From Eledone cirrhosa (taxonomy: Eukaryota), in contig OZ024741.1 of NCBI GenBank assembly GCA_964016885.1, forward strand, positions 154,070,001 to 154,134,000: a stretch of 64,000 nt of DNA. The letters run 5' to 3'. Positions 36,301 through 49,200 of this stretch are shown here, piece by piece (within the stretch, counting starts at the first letter, position 1; every line of letters begins with the position of its first letter). The notes below the pieces were generated by a model, which was given only the letters and a program-made list of their open reading frames with translations, was not told where the DNA came from and searched no databases. A program made the position numbers and the translations under genes.

Positions 36301-36651
36301 GGGTGCTACACGAGAATGCTGAGGATGGCTCTGAACATTAATCAGTATACACTGAGGATGAAAAACTCAGAGCTGTATGGGAGCATCCCAAGAGTCAGCT
36401 CAAAAGTGACACAGAGGAGACTGAGGTTAGCTGGACATGCTCACCGACATCCAGAGTTGACATTGCACTCAGTACTTCTTTGGGAGCCCCTACATGGACA
36501 CACTAGAAGAGGAAAACCAAGGTTAACATATGTTGATGCCCTAAGGTCAGACACTGGTCTGTTGGAGACGCAGGACATGGCAGCGATAATGAGGGACAGA
36601 GACCGCTGGAGAGAACTCGTCCATGGATCTCGGGAATTTTACCCGCCTTAG
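33369..36651 (+). mobile_element. Apparently full-length RTE/RTEX-like non-LTR retrotransposon inserted in a (TA)n tract
   Basis: GC-richer block bounded by (TA)n on both sides, each containing AAAGATATATATATATATAT (TSD-like); ~150-190-nt 5'UTR; single long ORF; no 3'UTR. Confidence 0.93.
33517..36651 (+). CDS. LINE ORF: APE endonuclease + reverse transcriptase (1044 aa from GTG; first ATG at 33556)
   Basis: GTLNVRT, LAIQEHR, LGDFNAH, QIDFILV, GSDHRLV (APE); PKKGDL..NYRGISL, IDFRKAFDSV, GVLQGDTLAPYLF, EFADDIVL, FLYLG (RT); LLYGSETWTL, RLRLAGH (RTE C-terminus). No stops. Confidence 0.96.
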   Translation: MAPVRYCQPLKRNMESRSNSTRVRAPNYTVKEQPGRYDSAGLEPQRGPVDDGSAVSETNIKNAVLSCRRAIKMGTLNVRTIWTLEKREELGHLFEESGIQILAIQEHRILHDEPVRSVMIGKKSQLITTSAVKNTTNAAVGGVGFVFSTKTNLLVREIMPISPRELRVTFNGNPRLTVISAYSPTEGDSDVSAEEFHEEVYRAVNTTQAHNILLVLGDFNAHLSKEGSEDPCWYFHNNTNRNGRLLRDTLLEANLMATNLGFRKNLGKMWTYISDMHLSKSQIDFILVRKKWRNSVLNTEPYSYFSTLGSDHRLVMSEVRVSLRKSKAQPRRTIYDWGAFKEDDRLQERFTVEVRNRFSALCGESEEREIGWTEESVTRRCGHFTNAVAEASETLVLRKKNKGKHVSSANPKVCAAREHLKAARDQFYADPMEERMETVEVMREELCTAYTEVREEALIEKIRSVERAVDRSGCKESWMIINEITGRKRRCSSQIQGTGPEDRKRKWLDHFRTLLGEPPSTAQSTGEIRRLFEELDVETEPFTREELQRAKKRIKEGKAHGEDGVALEVMKRCDFDDIILGFCNGALEKGVAPNQWRISNIVPVPKKGDLSNTNNYRGISLTSLVAKTLNRMILNRIQPEMEKKLRDNQNGFREGRSTTSHILMLRRILEGARAKCLPAVMVFIDFRKAFDSVDRYCLMKILQAYGIPKKIVDLISLLYTNTKAQVITPDGMTEFFEILAGVLQGDTLAPYLFIIVVDYCMRLALEKHQDSGFTVAPAQSRRVRAKKVSDAEFADDIVLVTNTVKEAEDLMREVETVSMSVGLRMNETKTKYLVENVEKPEGITNVGGKPLELVEDFLYLGAKIGNTEDDVVERKSKAWAACHSLRPVWKSDLRRDLKIRLFIAVVESVLLYGSETWTLTKKLTQMVDGCYTRMLRMALNINQYTLRMKNSELYGSIPRVSSKVTQRRLRLAGHAHRHPELTLHSVLLWEPLHGHTRRGKPRLTYVDALRSDTGLLETQDMAAIMRDRDRWRELVHGSREFYPP

Positions 36652-36838
36652 ATATATATATATATATAAAGATATATATATATATATATATACACTAGAC
36701 AGGGACAGTGGGGGTTTACATATAAAACGTTATTTATATTTTTATATATTTAGTAATAATAAATGTGAAGACTAAAATCCGAAGAGGGCTTGATAAGGAT
36801 TATATATATATAACCAGTTTAGATTTACAACATGATTT

Positions 36839-36928
36839 TACTCTATGAACTTTCAATATAGGAGGACCAGCCGCACCTCAATAAACAAACTGGGTGTAAA
36901 CCTGCTGCTCTACATATCCTTAGGAGTA
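36839..36928 (-). ncRNA. Degenerate hammerhead-like motif
   Basis: Minus strand: TACTC [CTAAGGA] tATGTAG...CTATATt GAAA gttc ATA^ GAGTA. Stems I and II pair, the core has G>A, and stem III is poor. Confidence 0.35.
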
Positions 36929-37122
36929 TGAATGTTGTTACAAGCATCCAAATACAAACAAGCAAAGGGTGACATCATAATACAGATCAGTCTCATAAAG
37001 CAAAAAATAGCATGTCATATATACATATATATATGTGCAAATAAATATATATATATATTTATATATATATATACATACAAACAGCATATATATATGTGTA
37101 AATATATATATATATATATATT

Positions 37123-37450
37123 GGAGGCACATGGCTTAGTGGTTAGAGCATTGGCCTTGCAATCGAAAGGTTGTGAGTTCAATTCTCAGACCAGGTGATG
37201 TGTTGTTTCCTTGAGCAAGACACTTTATTTCACATTGCTCCAGTTTACTCAGCTGCAAAGTGGCCTTGGAGGTGCCACGGCATAAAAGCACCCAACCCAC
37301 ACTGTAAAGTGGACGTGTAGGCGCCATGGAAAAAAGCACCCAGCACTCACTCTAAATGAGGTTGGTGTTAGGAAGGACATCCAGCTGTAGAAATCAAGCC
37401 AGAATCAGTTCCCGTCCCACCCTTGCAAGCAGGGAAAAGCGGACGTAAAA
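37123..37450 (+). mobile_element. tRNA-derived SINE, family 2, with CORE-like segment and RTE-type tail
   Basis: A box TGGCTTAGTGG, B box GAGTTCAATTC, CCTTGAGCAAGACACTT, tail CATCCAGCTGTAGAAA..GGACGTAAAATG. Related copies at ~60240-60478(-), 8765-9035(-), 20735-21050(+), 58265-58740(-). Confidence 0.8.
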
Positions 37451-37509
37451 TGAAATTGGGATTGGTGCTCTGAAATGTTTTTAATTAACCATACGGTATA
37501 TATATATAT

Positions 37510-38102
37510 ATGGTGCCTGCCAACTCGTTTTCGAGTATGGCCACTACTTTATATCCATGTAGGAGAACCCCTACCGATGCACTGAACGAGTGTGACTTTT
37601 TAGTCCAGCCAGCGACTTGAAAACTCTGGTACAAACACTACACTTGTGACAATTATTGACAAATAGTGCTGGGCCCATGGTACCATGTGACGACAAGTGC
37701 AGAGAGATCTCCAGATATAAAGCAATGCCTGTGCCGTGAAGCTTTTATAGTGAGCAAAGGCACTGCACAAAGCCAGTCCCACTCTCTTAACCAAGATGAT
37801 ATTTAACAAAAAGAACAAGTCAACATCATTGGATACCATCAGGGTTGCAGGTGTTATATCAGAGTTTTCCTTCTCCTAAAATTCTGCCTTGACAAAGGCT
37901 AAGGGGTCATCTCTCCCGGTGATTTTGGATGGCCATTGACTCTTAAGAGCTCCTTTGCCCTTTGACAGGTTTTGTTTTTAGTCCTGCAGGATGTCCAAAG
38001 TCACCCTCCTCACCAAGAAACCTTGGTGGGGTTGCCAGTTTAGTCGCCAATGACCCGATCATGGGACAGGTTGTACTGGGATACATGTTACCAGTAGCAC
38101 CA
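37510..38102 (-). mobile_element. Non-autonomous RTE-derived retroposon, subfamily B (second copy)
   Basis: Near-identical to 2036-2590; the ORFs 37600..37839 and 2127..2363 are nearly the same. Confidence 0.7.
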
Positions 38103-39090
38103 ACATAGACATACATATATCCATATACATACATACAGACATAGATGCCTGTCTACACACATACATACACATGCATATATATACATACACATGGATGCCT
38201 ACACACATACAATCAAATGATAATATTCCAATTACGGACTCAATACATGGTGTCTCGTCGTTAGCAGTGGTGGTGGTTGGGTGCAGTGGTTGATGGCGGC
38301 GATGGAGTTGGCGTCTAGTAGCTAGTGGTGCTGATGGCGGTGATGGCCGGCTGCAGTTGTTGATGGTGGTGATGGTTGGCTGTAGTTGTTGATGGTGGTG
38401 ATGGTGGTATATATATATACATACATACATGGTACGTTGAGTCTGCTGAGATACTGGTCGGGGGTCGATCCCAGCCAACGTCTACACATAGGGGGTCTTA
38501 TTAAACTTTTTCCGTCTAACCCATGCTAGCGTGGAAGAACAGACGTAAAACGGTGATGATGATGATGATGATATTCCATCCTCTGTCCCAAATGCAAATT
38601 ATGGGTACACAAGAGATATAGTGGGATCACAGGTAGACTAGCAAAAATGTAGGTTTTACATGTGTGTATTGCACAGGAACTGTAAGCAGCAAACACTCAC
38701 AGGAAACGAGCTCTATCAAATTCTTATAGGGTTCTGTAAAAGTAGATGACAGTTTCTGTTGCCTGGGTAACCAAATTAGCAGTGGGGATGCATGTTCCAA
38801 AAGTACAATAGTGAGACTGAGGACAGGATGGAGAAAGTTCAGGGAGCTACTACTGCTGCTAGCTACAATAGGCTGGTATTTCTTTGATCATATGTCGACA
38901 TAATCAGAACTGACCTGAGCGCTGCACAACAACAACAGCAGCAGCTGTGGTGGTGACAACCAGCAACAACAATAACAACAACAATAACAGCAGCAGCAAT
39001 AGCAGCGACAATGACAATGGTTACAGCAACACCACCACCACCAACAACAACAATACTAACAACACTTATAACTTTCTATTTTCCTTGCAG

Positions 39091-39238
39091 TATCTGAAAT
39101 GGAAGATGAATCCTTTGACAAGAGAAAATTAATCATTGGTGTATCTGTTGGTATAATCTTCACTCTGCTCTTGGCCATTTTAATTTTTACCATTGTTAAA
39201 ATGAAAAAATGCAGAGGAAAACCAAACCAAGAGAAAGG
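39091..39238 (+). CDS. Transmembrane exon of the Sushi-TM gene
   Basis: Acceptor ttccttgcAG, donor GTAAGT, phase 1-2. SEMEDESFDKRK-LIIGVSVGIIFTLLLAILIFTIV-KMKKCRGK is a TM helix followed by a basic stop-transfer segment. Confidence 0.9.
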
Positions 39239-39480
39239 GTAAGTTTGTGAAGAATTTGATATATCAGTAGTGTAGCTAGAGGGGAAGGAAGAGAGAGGTC
39301 AGCTCCAGGTGGCATTCTTAGGGGGCAGGAAAGGGCAGTCAACACTTTTTGTGTCTTTTGTGTGTTAAGTGGGGGTCGAGGTCAACACATTTTGTGTATT
39401 GTGTTGTGTATTTTGGAGGGGGGGGGGAACTAAAGAACTTCCCCTGGTGGTACAAACTCTAGCTAAGCTATGTTACTGTA

Positions 39481-39875
39481 GTGGTAGACTTAATCTGTCT
39501 TCTGATCTAACACCACCACCTGGCCCTTGTGTGGTTGACTTAATCTGTTGCTCAGTTTAACACCACCAACTGGCCCTTGTGTGGTAGACTTAATCTGTTA
39601 CCTGGTTTAACACCACCACCTGGCTGTTCTGTAGTAGACTTAATCTGTTGCTCAGTTTAACATCACCACATGGCCCTTGTGTAGTAGACTTAATCTGTCA
39701 CCTTGTCTAACACCACCAACAGGCTTTTATGTAGTAGACTTTATCTGTCACCTAGTTTAACATCATCACATGGCCTTTGGGTGGTACACTTAATCTGTCA
39801 CCTGGTTTAACACCATCACCTGGCTGCTGTGTAGTAGACTTAATCTGTCATCCAGTTTAACATCACCACCTGACA
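39481..39875. repeat. 50-bp minisatellite x8
   Basis: GTGGTAGACTTAATCTGT..TTTAACACCACCACCTGGCCCTTGT at 39481, 39531, 39581, etc. Confidence 0.92.
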
Positions 39876-40261
39876 CTAGGGTACCTTTAGTGGAGACCTC
39901 TCTGTTGTAAGTATTCAAACTAGGTCTCCAGTTTAGAAGATACCTCCCCCTACCCACCAGTCATTCTGATGCCCTTAAGAAAGCTATAGGAATTGCCTTT
40001 CCCTTCCTCACTAAACATTAAAAAGAATACAGTATATGAAATATGAAATATGATACCATATTAAGCTTCTCTGTATAACTAATATTTGCAATGGCAGAGT
40101 TCCCTTTCTACAAAGAGCTGAACCTTAAAAAAAGCCAGACACAGATATCAACTGCAAGAAATAAGAATTTGAAATTTGGAACTACTATAGATTGAAATGT
40201 TTTAACAATAAAACTCTCAATATATGTGTAGAGTAAACTGGCATGAGTTCATTACTTATTT

Positions 40262-43200
40262 ATCACTATAACAATCAGTATAACAATCATTATAACAATC
40301 AATATAACAATCACTATAACAATCGCTGTAACAATCATTATAACAATCGCTGTAACAATCATTATAATAATCACTATAACAATCATTATAACAATCACTA
40401 TAACAATCATTACAATCACTATAACAATCACTATAACAATCGCTATAAGAATCGCTGTAACAAACACTATAACAATCACTATAACAATCGCTATAAGAAT
40501 CGCTGTAACAATCACTATAACAATCACTATAACAACCACTATAACAATTGCTGTAACAATCATTATAACAATCACTATAAAAATCACGATAACAATCGCT
40601 GTAACAATCATTATAACAATCACTATAACAATCACTGTATCAATCATTATAACAGTCACTATAACAATCACTGTAACAATCATTACAATCACTATAACAA
40701 TCACTATATCAATCATTATAATAATCACTATAGCAATCACTATAACAATCATTATAATAATCACTATAACAATCATTATAACAGTCATTATAAATATCAC
40801 TATAACAATCAGTATAACAATCATTTACTATAATAATCACTATAACAATCGCTATAACTCATTATAACACTCGTTATAACAATCACTATAACAGTCACTA
40901 TAACAATCATTATAACAATCACTATAACAATCTCTGTAACAATCACTATAACAATCGCTGTAACAATCACTATAACTATCACTATAACAATCATTATAAC
41001 AATCACTATATCAATCATTACAATCACTATAACAATCACTATAACAATCACTGTAAGGGTCATTATAACAATCACTATAACAATCACTATAACAATCACT
41101 GTAACAATCATTATAACAGTCACTATAACAATCACTATAACAATCATTACAATCACTATAACAATCAGTATAGCAATCATTATAACAATCACTATACCAA
41201 TCACTATAACAATCACTATAACAATCGCTATAACAATCATTACAACAATCATTACAACAATCATTATAACAGTCACTATAACAATCATTACAATCACTAT
41301 AACAGTCACTATAACAATAACTATAACAATCACTATAACAATCACTGTAACAGTCATTATAACAACTATAACAATCACTATAACAATTAATATAGCAATC
41401 ACTATAACAATCATTATAACAATCACTATAACAATCGCTGTAACAATCATTATAACAATCACTATAACAATCGCTGTAACAAACATTATAACAATCACTA
41501 TAACAATCAATATAACAATCGCCGTAACAATCACTATAACAATCACTATAACAATCGCTGTAACAATCATTATAATAATTACTATAACAATCATTATAAC
41601 AATCACTATAACAATCATTACAATCACTATAACAATCACTATAACAATCACTATAACAATCGCTATAAGAATCGCTGTAACAATCACTATAACAATCACT
41701 ATAACAATCGCTGTAACAATCATTATAATAATCACTATAACAATCACTATAACAATCGATGTGACAATCATTATAACAATCACTATAACAATCATTATAA
41801 CAATCACTATAACAATCATTACAATCACTATAACAATCACTATATCAATCATTATAATAATCACTAGCAATTACAATAACAATCATTATAACAATCACTA
41901 TAACAATCATTATAACAGTCATTATAAATATCACTATAACAATCAGTATAACAATCATTTACTATAATAATCACTATAACAATCGCTATAACAATCATTA
42001 TAACACTCGTTATAACAATCACTATAACAGTCACTATAACAATCATTATAACAATCACTATAACAATCTCTGTAACAATCACTATAACAATCACTATAAC
42101 CATCACTATAACGATCGCTGTAACAATCACTATAACAATCACTAACAATCGCTGTAACAACCACTATAACAATCACTATAACAATCGCTATAACAATCAC
42201 TATAACACTCACTATAACAATCACTATAACAATCAGTATAACAATCACCATAACAATCGTGGTAACAATCATTATAACAATCACTATAACAATCGCTATA
42301 GCAATCACTATAACAATCGCTGTAACAATCACTATAACAATCACAATAACAATCACTATAAAAATCACTATAACAATCGCTGTAACAATCACCATAACAA
42401 TCGCTGTAACAATCATTATAAAACTCAATATAACAATCACAATAACAATCACTATAATAATCGCTTTAGCAATCACTGTAACAATCATAACAATCAGTAT
42501 AACAATCACTATAACAATCATTACAATCACTATAGCAATCACTATAACAATCATTATAACAATCACTATAACAATCATTACAATCACTATAACAATCACG
42601 ATAACAATCATTACAACAATTAGCATAAATATCACTATATCAATCAGTATAACAATCATTATGACAATCACTATAACAATCATTATAACAATCACTATAG
42701 AAATCATTACAATCACTATAACAATCACTATAACAATCGCTATAACAATCACTATAACAATCGCTGTAACAATCAATATACGAATCACTACAACAATCGC
42801 TGTAACAATCACTATAACAATCACTATAACAATCGCTGTAACAATCACTATAACAATCACTATAACAATCTCCGTAACAATCACGATAACAATCGCTGTA
42901 ACAACCATTATAACACTCACTATAACAATCACTATAACAATCGCTATAACAATCACTATAACAATCGTTGTAACAATCACTATAACAATCACTATAACAA
43001 TCGCTGTAACAATCACTATAACAATCACTATAACAATCACTATAAAAATCTGTGTTATAATGACTGTAACAATCACTATAACAATCGCTGTAACATTCAC
43101 TATAACAATCACTATAACAATCACTATAACAATCGCTGTAACAATCACTATAACAATCACTATAACAATCATTATAACAATCTCTATAAGAATTGCTGTA

Positions 43201-46200
43201 ACAATCACTATAACAATCACTATAACAATCGCTGTAACAATCATTATAACAATCACTATAAAAATCACTATAACAATCACTATAACAATCATTACAATCA
43301 CTATAATAATCCATATAACAATCCCTATAACATTCATTATAACAATCACTATAACAATCACTGTATCAATCATTATAACTGTCACTATAACAATCACTAT
43401 AACAATCATTACAATCACTATAACAATCAGTATAGCAATCATTATAATAATCACTATAACAATCAATATAACAATCATTATAACAATCACTATAACAATC
43501 ATTATAACAATCATTATAAATATCACTATAACAATCACTGCAACAATCACTATAACAATCACTATAACAATCATTATAACAATCTCTGTAACAATCACTA
43601 TAACAATCGTTGTAACTATCATTATAACACTGACTATAACAATCACTATAACAATCACTGTAACAATTGCTGTAACAATCACTATAACAATCACTATAAC
43701 AATCGCTATAACAAGCAATATAACAATCGCTATAACAATCACTATAACAATTGCTGTAACAATCAATATACGAATCACTATAACAATCGCTGTAACAATC
43801 ACTATAACAATCACTATAACAATCGCTGTAACAATCACTATAACAATCACTATAACAATCTCCGTAACAATCACGATAACAATCGCTGTAACAACCATTA
43901 TAACACTCACTATAACAATCACTATAACAATCACTATAACAATCACTATAACAATCGCTGTAACAATCACTATAACAATCACTATAACAATCGCTGTAAC
44001 AATCACTATAATAATCACTATAACAATCACTATAAAAATCTGTTATAATGACTGTAACAATCACTATAACAATCACTATAAAAATCTGTTATAATGACTA
44101 ACAATCACTATAACAATCGCTGTAACATTCACTATAACAATCACTATAACAATCACTATAACAATCGCTGTAACAATCACTATAACAATCACTATAACAA
44201 TCATTATAACAATCTCTATAAGAATTGCTGTAACAATCACTATAACAATCACTATAACAATCGCTGTAACAATCATTATAACAATCACTATAAAAATCAC
44301 TATAACAATCACTATAACAATCATTACAATCACTATAATAATCCATATAACAATCCCTATAACATTCATTATAACAATCACTATAACAATCACTGTATCA
44401 ATCATTATAACTGTCACTATAACAATCACTATAACAATCATTACAATCACTATAACAATCAGTATAGCAATCATTATAATAATCACTATAACAATCAATA
44501 TAACAATCATTATAACAATCACTATAACAATCATTATAACAATCATTATAAATATCACTATAACAATCACTGCAACAATCACTATAACAATCACTATAAC
44601 AATCATTATAACAATCTCTGTAACAATCACTATAACAATCGTTGTAACTATCATTATAACACTGACTATAACAATCACTATAACAATCACTGTAACAATT
44701 GCTGTAACAATCACTATAACAATCACTATAACAATCGCTATAACAAGCAATATAACAATCGCTATAACAATCACTATAACAATTGCTGTAACAATCAATA
44801 TACGAATCACTATAACAATCGCTGTAACAATCACTATAACAATCACTATAACAATCGCTGTAACAATCACTATAACAATCACTATAACAATCTCCGTAAC
44901 AATCACGATAACAATCGCTGTAACAACCATTATAACACTCACTATAACAATCACTATAACAATCACTATAACAATCACTATAACAATCGCTGTAACAATC
45001 ACTATAACAATCACTATAACAATCGCTGTAACAATCACTATAATAATCACTATAACAATCACTATAAAAATCTGTTATAATGACTGTAACAATCACTATA
45101 ACAATCACTATAAAAATCTGTTATAATGACTAACAATCACTATAACAATCGCTGTAACATTCACTATAACAATCACTATAACAATCACTATAACAATCGC
45201 TGTAACAATCACTATAACAATCACTATAACAATCACTATAACAATCGCTATAAGAATCGCTGTAACAATCACTATAACAATCAGTATAACAATCACTGTA
45301 TCAATCATTATAACAGTCACTATAACAATCACTATAACAATCATTACAATCACTATAACAATCAGTATAGCAATTATTATAATTATCACTATAGCAATCA
45401 CTATAACAATCATTATAACAATCACTATAACAATCATTATAACAATCATTATAACAATCATTATAACAATCACTATAACAATCACTGCAACAATCACTAT
45501 AACAATCACTATAACAATCCCTATAACAATCTCTGTAACAATCACTATAACAATCGCTATAAGAATCGCTGTAACAATCACTATAACAATCACTATAACA
45601 ATCGCTGTAACAATCATTATAATAATCACTATAACAATCACTATAACAATCGATGTGACAATCATTATAACAATCACTATAACAATCATTATAACAGTCA
45701 TTATAAATATCACTATAACAATCAGTATAACAATCATTTACTATAATAATCACTATAACAATCGATATAACAATCATTATAACACTCGTTATAACAATCA
45801 TTATAACAATCACTATAACAATCTCTGTAACAATCACTATAACAATCACTATAACAATCACTATAACGATCGCTGTAACAATCACTATAACAATCACTAT
45901 AACAATCGCTGTAACAACCACTATAACAATCACTATAACAATCACTATAACAATCACTATAACAATCACAATAACAATCACTATAAAAATCACTATAACA
46001 ATCGCTGTAACAATCACCATAACAATCGCTGTAACAATCATTATAAAACTCAATATAACAATCACAATAACAATCACTATAATAATAGCTTTAGCAATCA
46101 CTGTAACAATCATAACAATCAGTATAACAATCACTATAGCAATCATTACAATCACTATAGCAATCACTATAACAATCATTATAACAATCACTATAACAAT

Positions 46201-49200
46201 CATTACAATCACTATAACAATCACGATAACAATCATTACAACAATTAGCATAAATATCACTATATCAATCAGTATAACAATCAATATGACAATCACTATA
46301 ACAATCATTATAACAATCACTATAGAAATCATTACAATCACTATAACAATCACTATAACAATCGCTACAACAATCACTATAACAATCGCTGTAACAATCA
46401 GTATACGAATCACTATAACAATCGCTGTAACAATCACTATAACAATCACTATAACAATCGCTGTAACAATCACTATAACAATCACTATAACAATCTCCGT
46501 AACAATCACGATAACAATCGCTGTAACAACCATTATAACACTCACTATAACAATCACTATAACAATCACTATAACAATCACTATAACAATCACTATAACA
46601 ATCGTTGTAACAATCACTATAACAATCACTATAACAATCGCTGTAACAATCACTATAACAATCACTATAACAATCACTATAAAAATCTGTGTTATAATGA
46701 CTGTAACAATCACTATAACAATCGCTGTAACATTCACTATAACAATCACTATAACAATCACTATAACAATCGCTGTAACAATCACTATAACAATCACTAT
46801 AACAATCATTATAACAATCGCTATAAGAATCGCTGTAACAATCACTATAACAATCACTATAACAATCGCTGTAACAATCATTATAACAATCACTATAAAA
46901 ATCACTATAACAATCACTATAACAATCATTACAATCACTATAATAATCCATATAACAATCCCTATAACAATCATTATAACAATCACTATAACAATCACTA
47001 TCAATCATTATAACTGTCACTATAACAATCACTATAACAATCATTACAATCACTATAACAATCAGTATAGCAATTATTATAATAATCACTATAGCAATCA
47101 ATATAACAATCATTATAACAATCACTATAACAATCATTATAACAATCATTATAAATATCACTATAACAATCACTGCAACAATCACTATAACAATCACTAT
47201 AGTAATCATTATAACAATCTCTGTAACAATCACTATAACAATCGTTGTAACAATCATTATAACACTGACTATAACAATCACTATAACAATCACTGTAACA
47301 ATTGCTGTAACAATCACTATAACAATCACTATAACAATCGCTATAACAAGCAATATAACAATCGCTATAACAATCACTATAACAATCGCTGTAACAATCA
47401 ATATACGAATCACTATAACAATCGCTGTAACAATCACTATAACAATCACTATAACAATCGCTGTAACAATCAATATAACAATCACTATAACAATCTCCGT
47501 AACAATCACGATAACAATCGCTGTAACAACCATTATAACACTCACTATAACAATCACTATAACAATCACTATAACAATCACTATAACAATCGCTGTAAAA
47601 ATCACTATAACAATCACTATAACAATCGCTGTAACAATCACTATAACAATCACTATAAAAATCTGTTATAATGACTGTAACAATCACTATAACAATCACT
47701 ATAAAAATCTGTTATAATGACTAACAATCACTATAACAATCGCTGTAACATTCACTATAACAATCACTATAACAATCACTATAACAATCACTGTAACAAT
47801 CACTATAACAATCACTATAACAATCACTATAACAATCGCTATAAGAATCGCTGTAACAATCACTATAACAATCAGTATAACAATCACTGTATCAATCATT
47901 ATAAAAGTCACTATAACAATCACTATAACAATCATTACAATCACTATAACAATCAGTATAGCAATTATTATAATTATCACTATAGCAATCACTATAACAA
48001 TCATTATAACAATCACTATAACAATCATTATAACAATCATTATAACAATCACTATAACAATCACTGCAACAATCACTATAACAATCACTATAACAATCCC
48101 TATAACAATCTCTGTAACAATCATTATAACACTCACTATAACCATCACTATAACAATCACTATAACAATCGATGTAAAAATCATTATAACAATCACTATA
48201 ACAATCGCTATAACAATCACTATAACAATCGCTATAACAATCACTATAACACTCACTATAACAATCACTATAACAATCAGTATAACAATCACCATAACAA
48301 TCGTGGTAACAATCATTATAACAATCACTATAACAATCGCTATAGCAATCACTATAACAATCGCTGTAACAATCACTATAACAATCACTATAACAATCAC
48401 AATAACAATCACTATAAAAATCACTATAACAATCGCTGCAACAATCACCATAACAATCGCTGTAACAATCATTATAAAACTCAATATAACAATCACAATA
48501 ACAATCACTATAATAATCGCTTTAGCAATCACTGTAACAATCATAACAATCAGTATAACAATCACTATAGCAATCATTACAATCACTATAGCAATCACTA
48601 TAACAATCATTACAATCACTATAACAATCACGATAACAATCATTACAACAATTAGCATAAATATCACTATATCAATCAGTATAACAATCATTATGACAAT
48701 CACTATAACAATCATTATAACAATCACTATAGAAATCATTACAATCACTATAACAATCACTATAACAATCGCTATAACAATCACTATAACAATCGCTGTA
48801 ACAATCAATATACGAATCACTATAACAATCGCTGTAACAATCACTATAACAATCACTATAACAATCGCTGTAACAATCACTATAACAATCACTATAACAA
48901 TCTGCGTAACAATCACGATAACAATCGCTGTAACAACCATTATAACACTCACAATAACAATCACTATAACAATCGCTATAACCATCACTATAACAATCGT
49001 TGTAACAATCACTATAACAATCACTATAACAATCGCTGTAACAATCACTATAACAATCACTATAACAATCACTATAAAAATCTGTGTTATAATGACTGTA
49101 ACAATCACTATAACAATCGCTGTAACATTCACTATAACAATCACTATAACAATCACTATAACAATCGCTGTAACAATCACTATAACAATCACTATAACAA

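Noticed and set aside
37123-37195. tRNA gene
   Set aside because: A and B boxes are present, but there is no complete acceptor stem and it continues into a SINE body.
39481-39875. Regular 50-bp period resembling a CRISPR array
   Set aside because: The whole unit is repeated, with no unique spacers.
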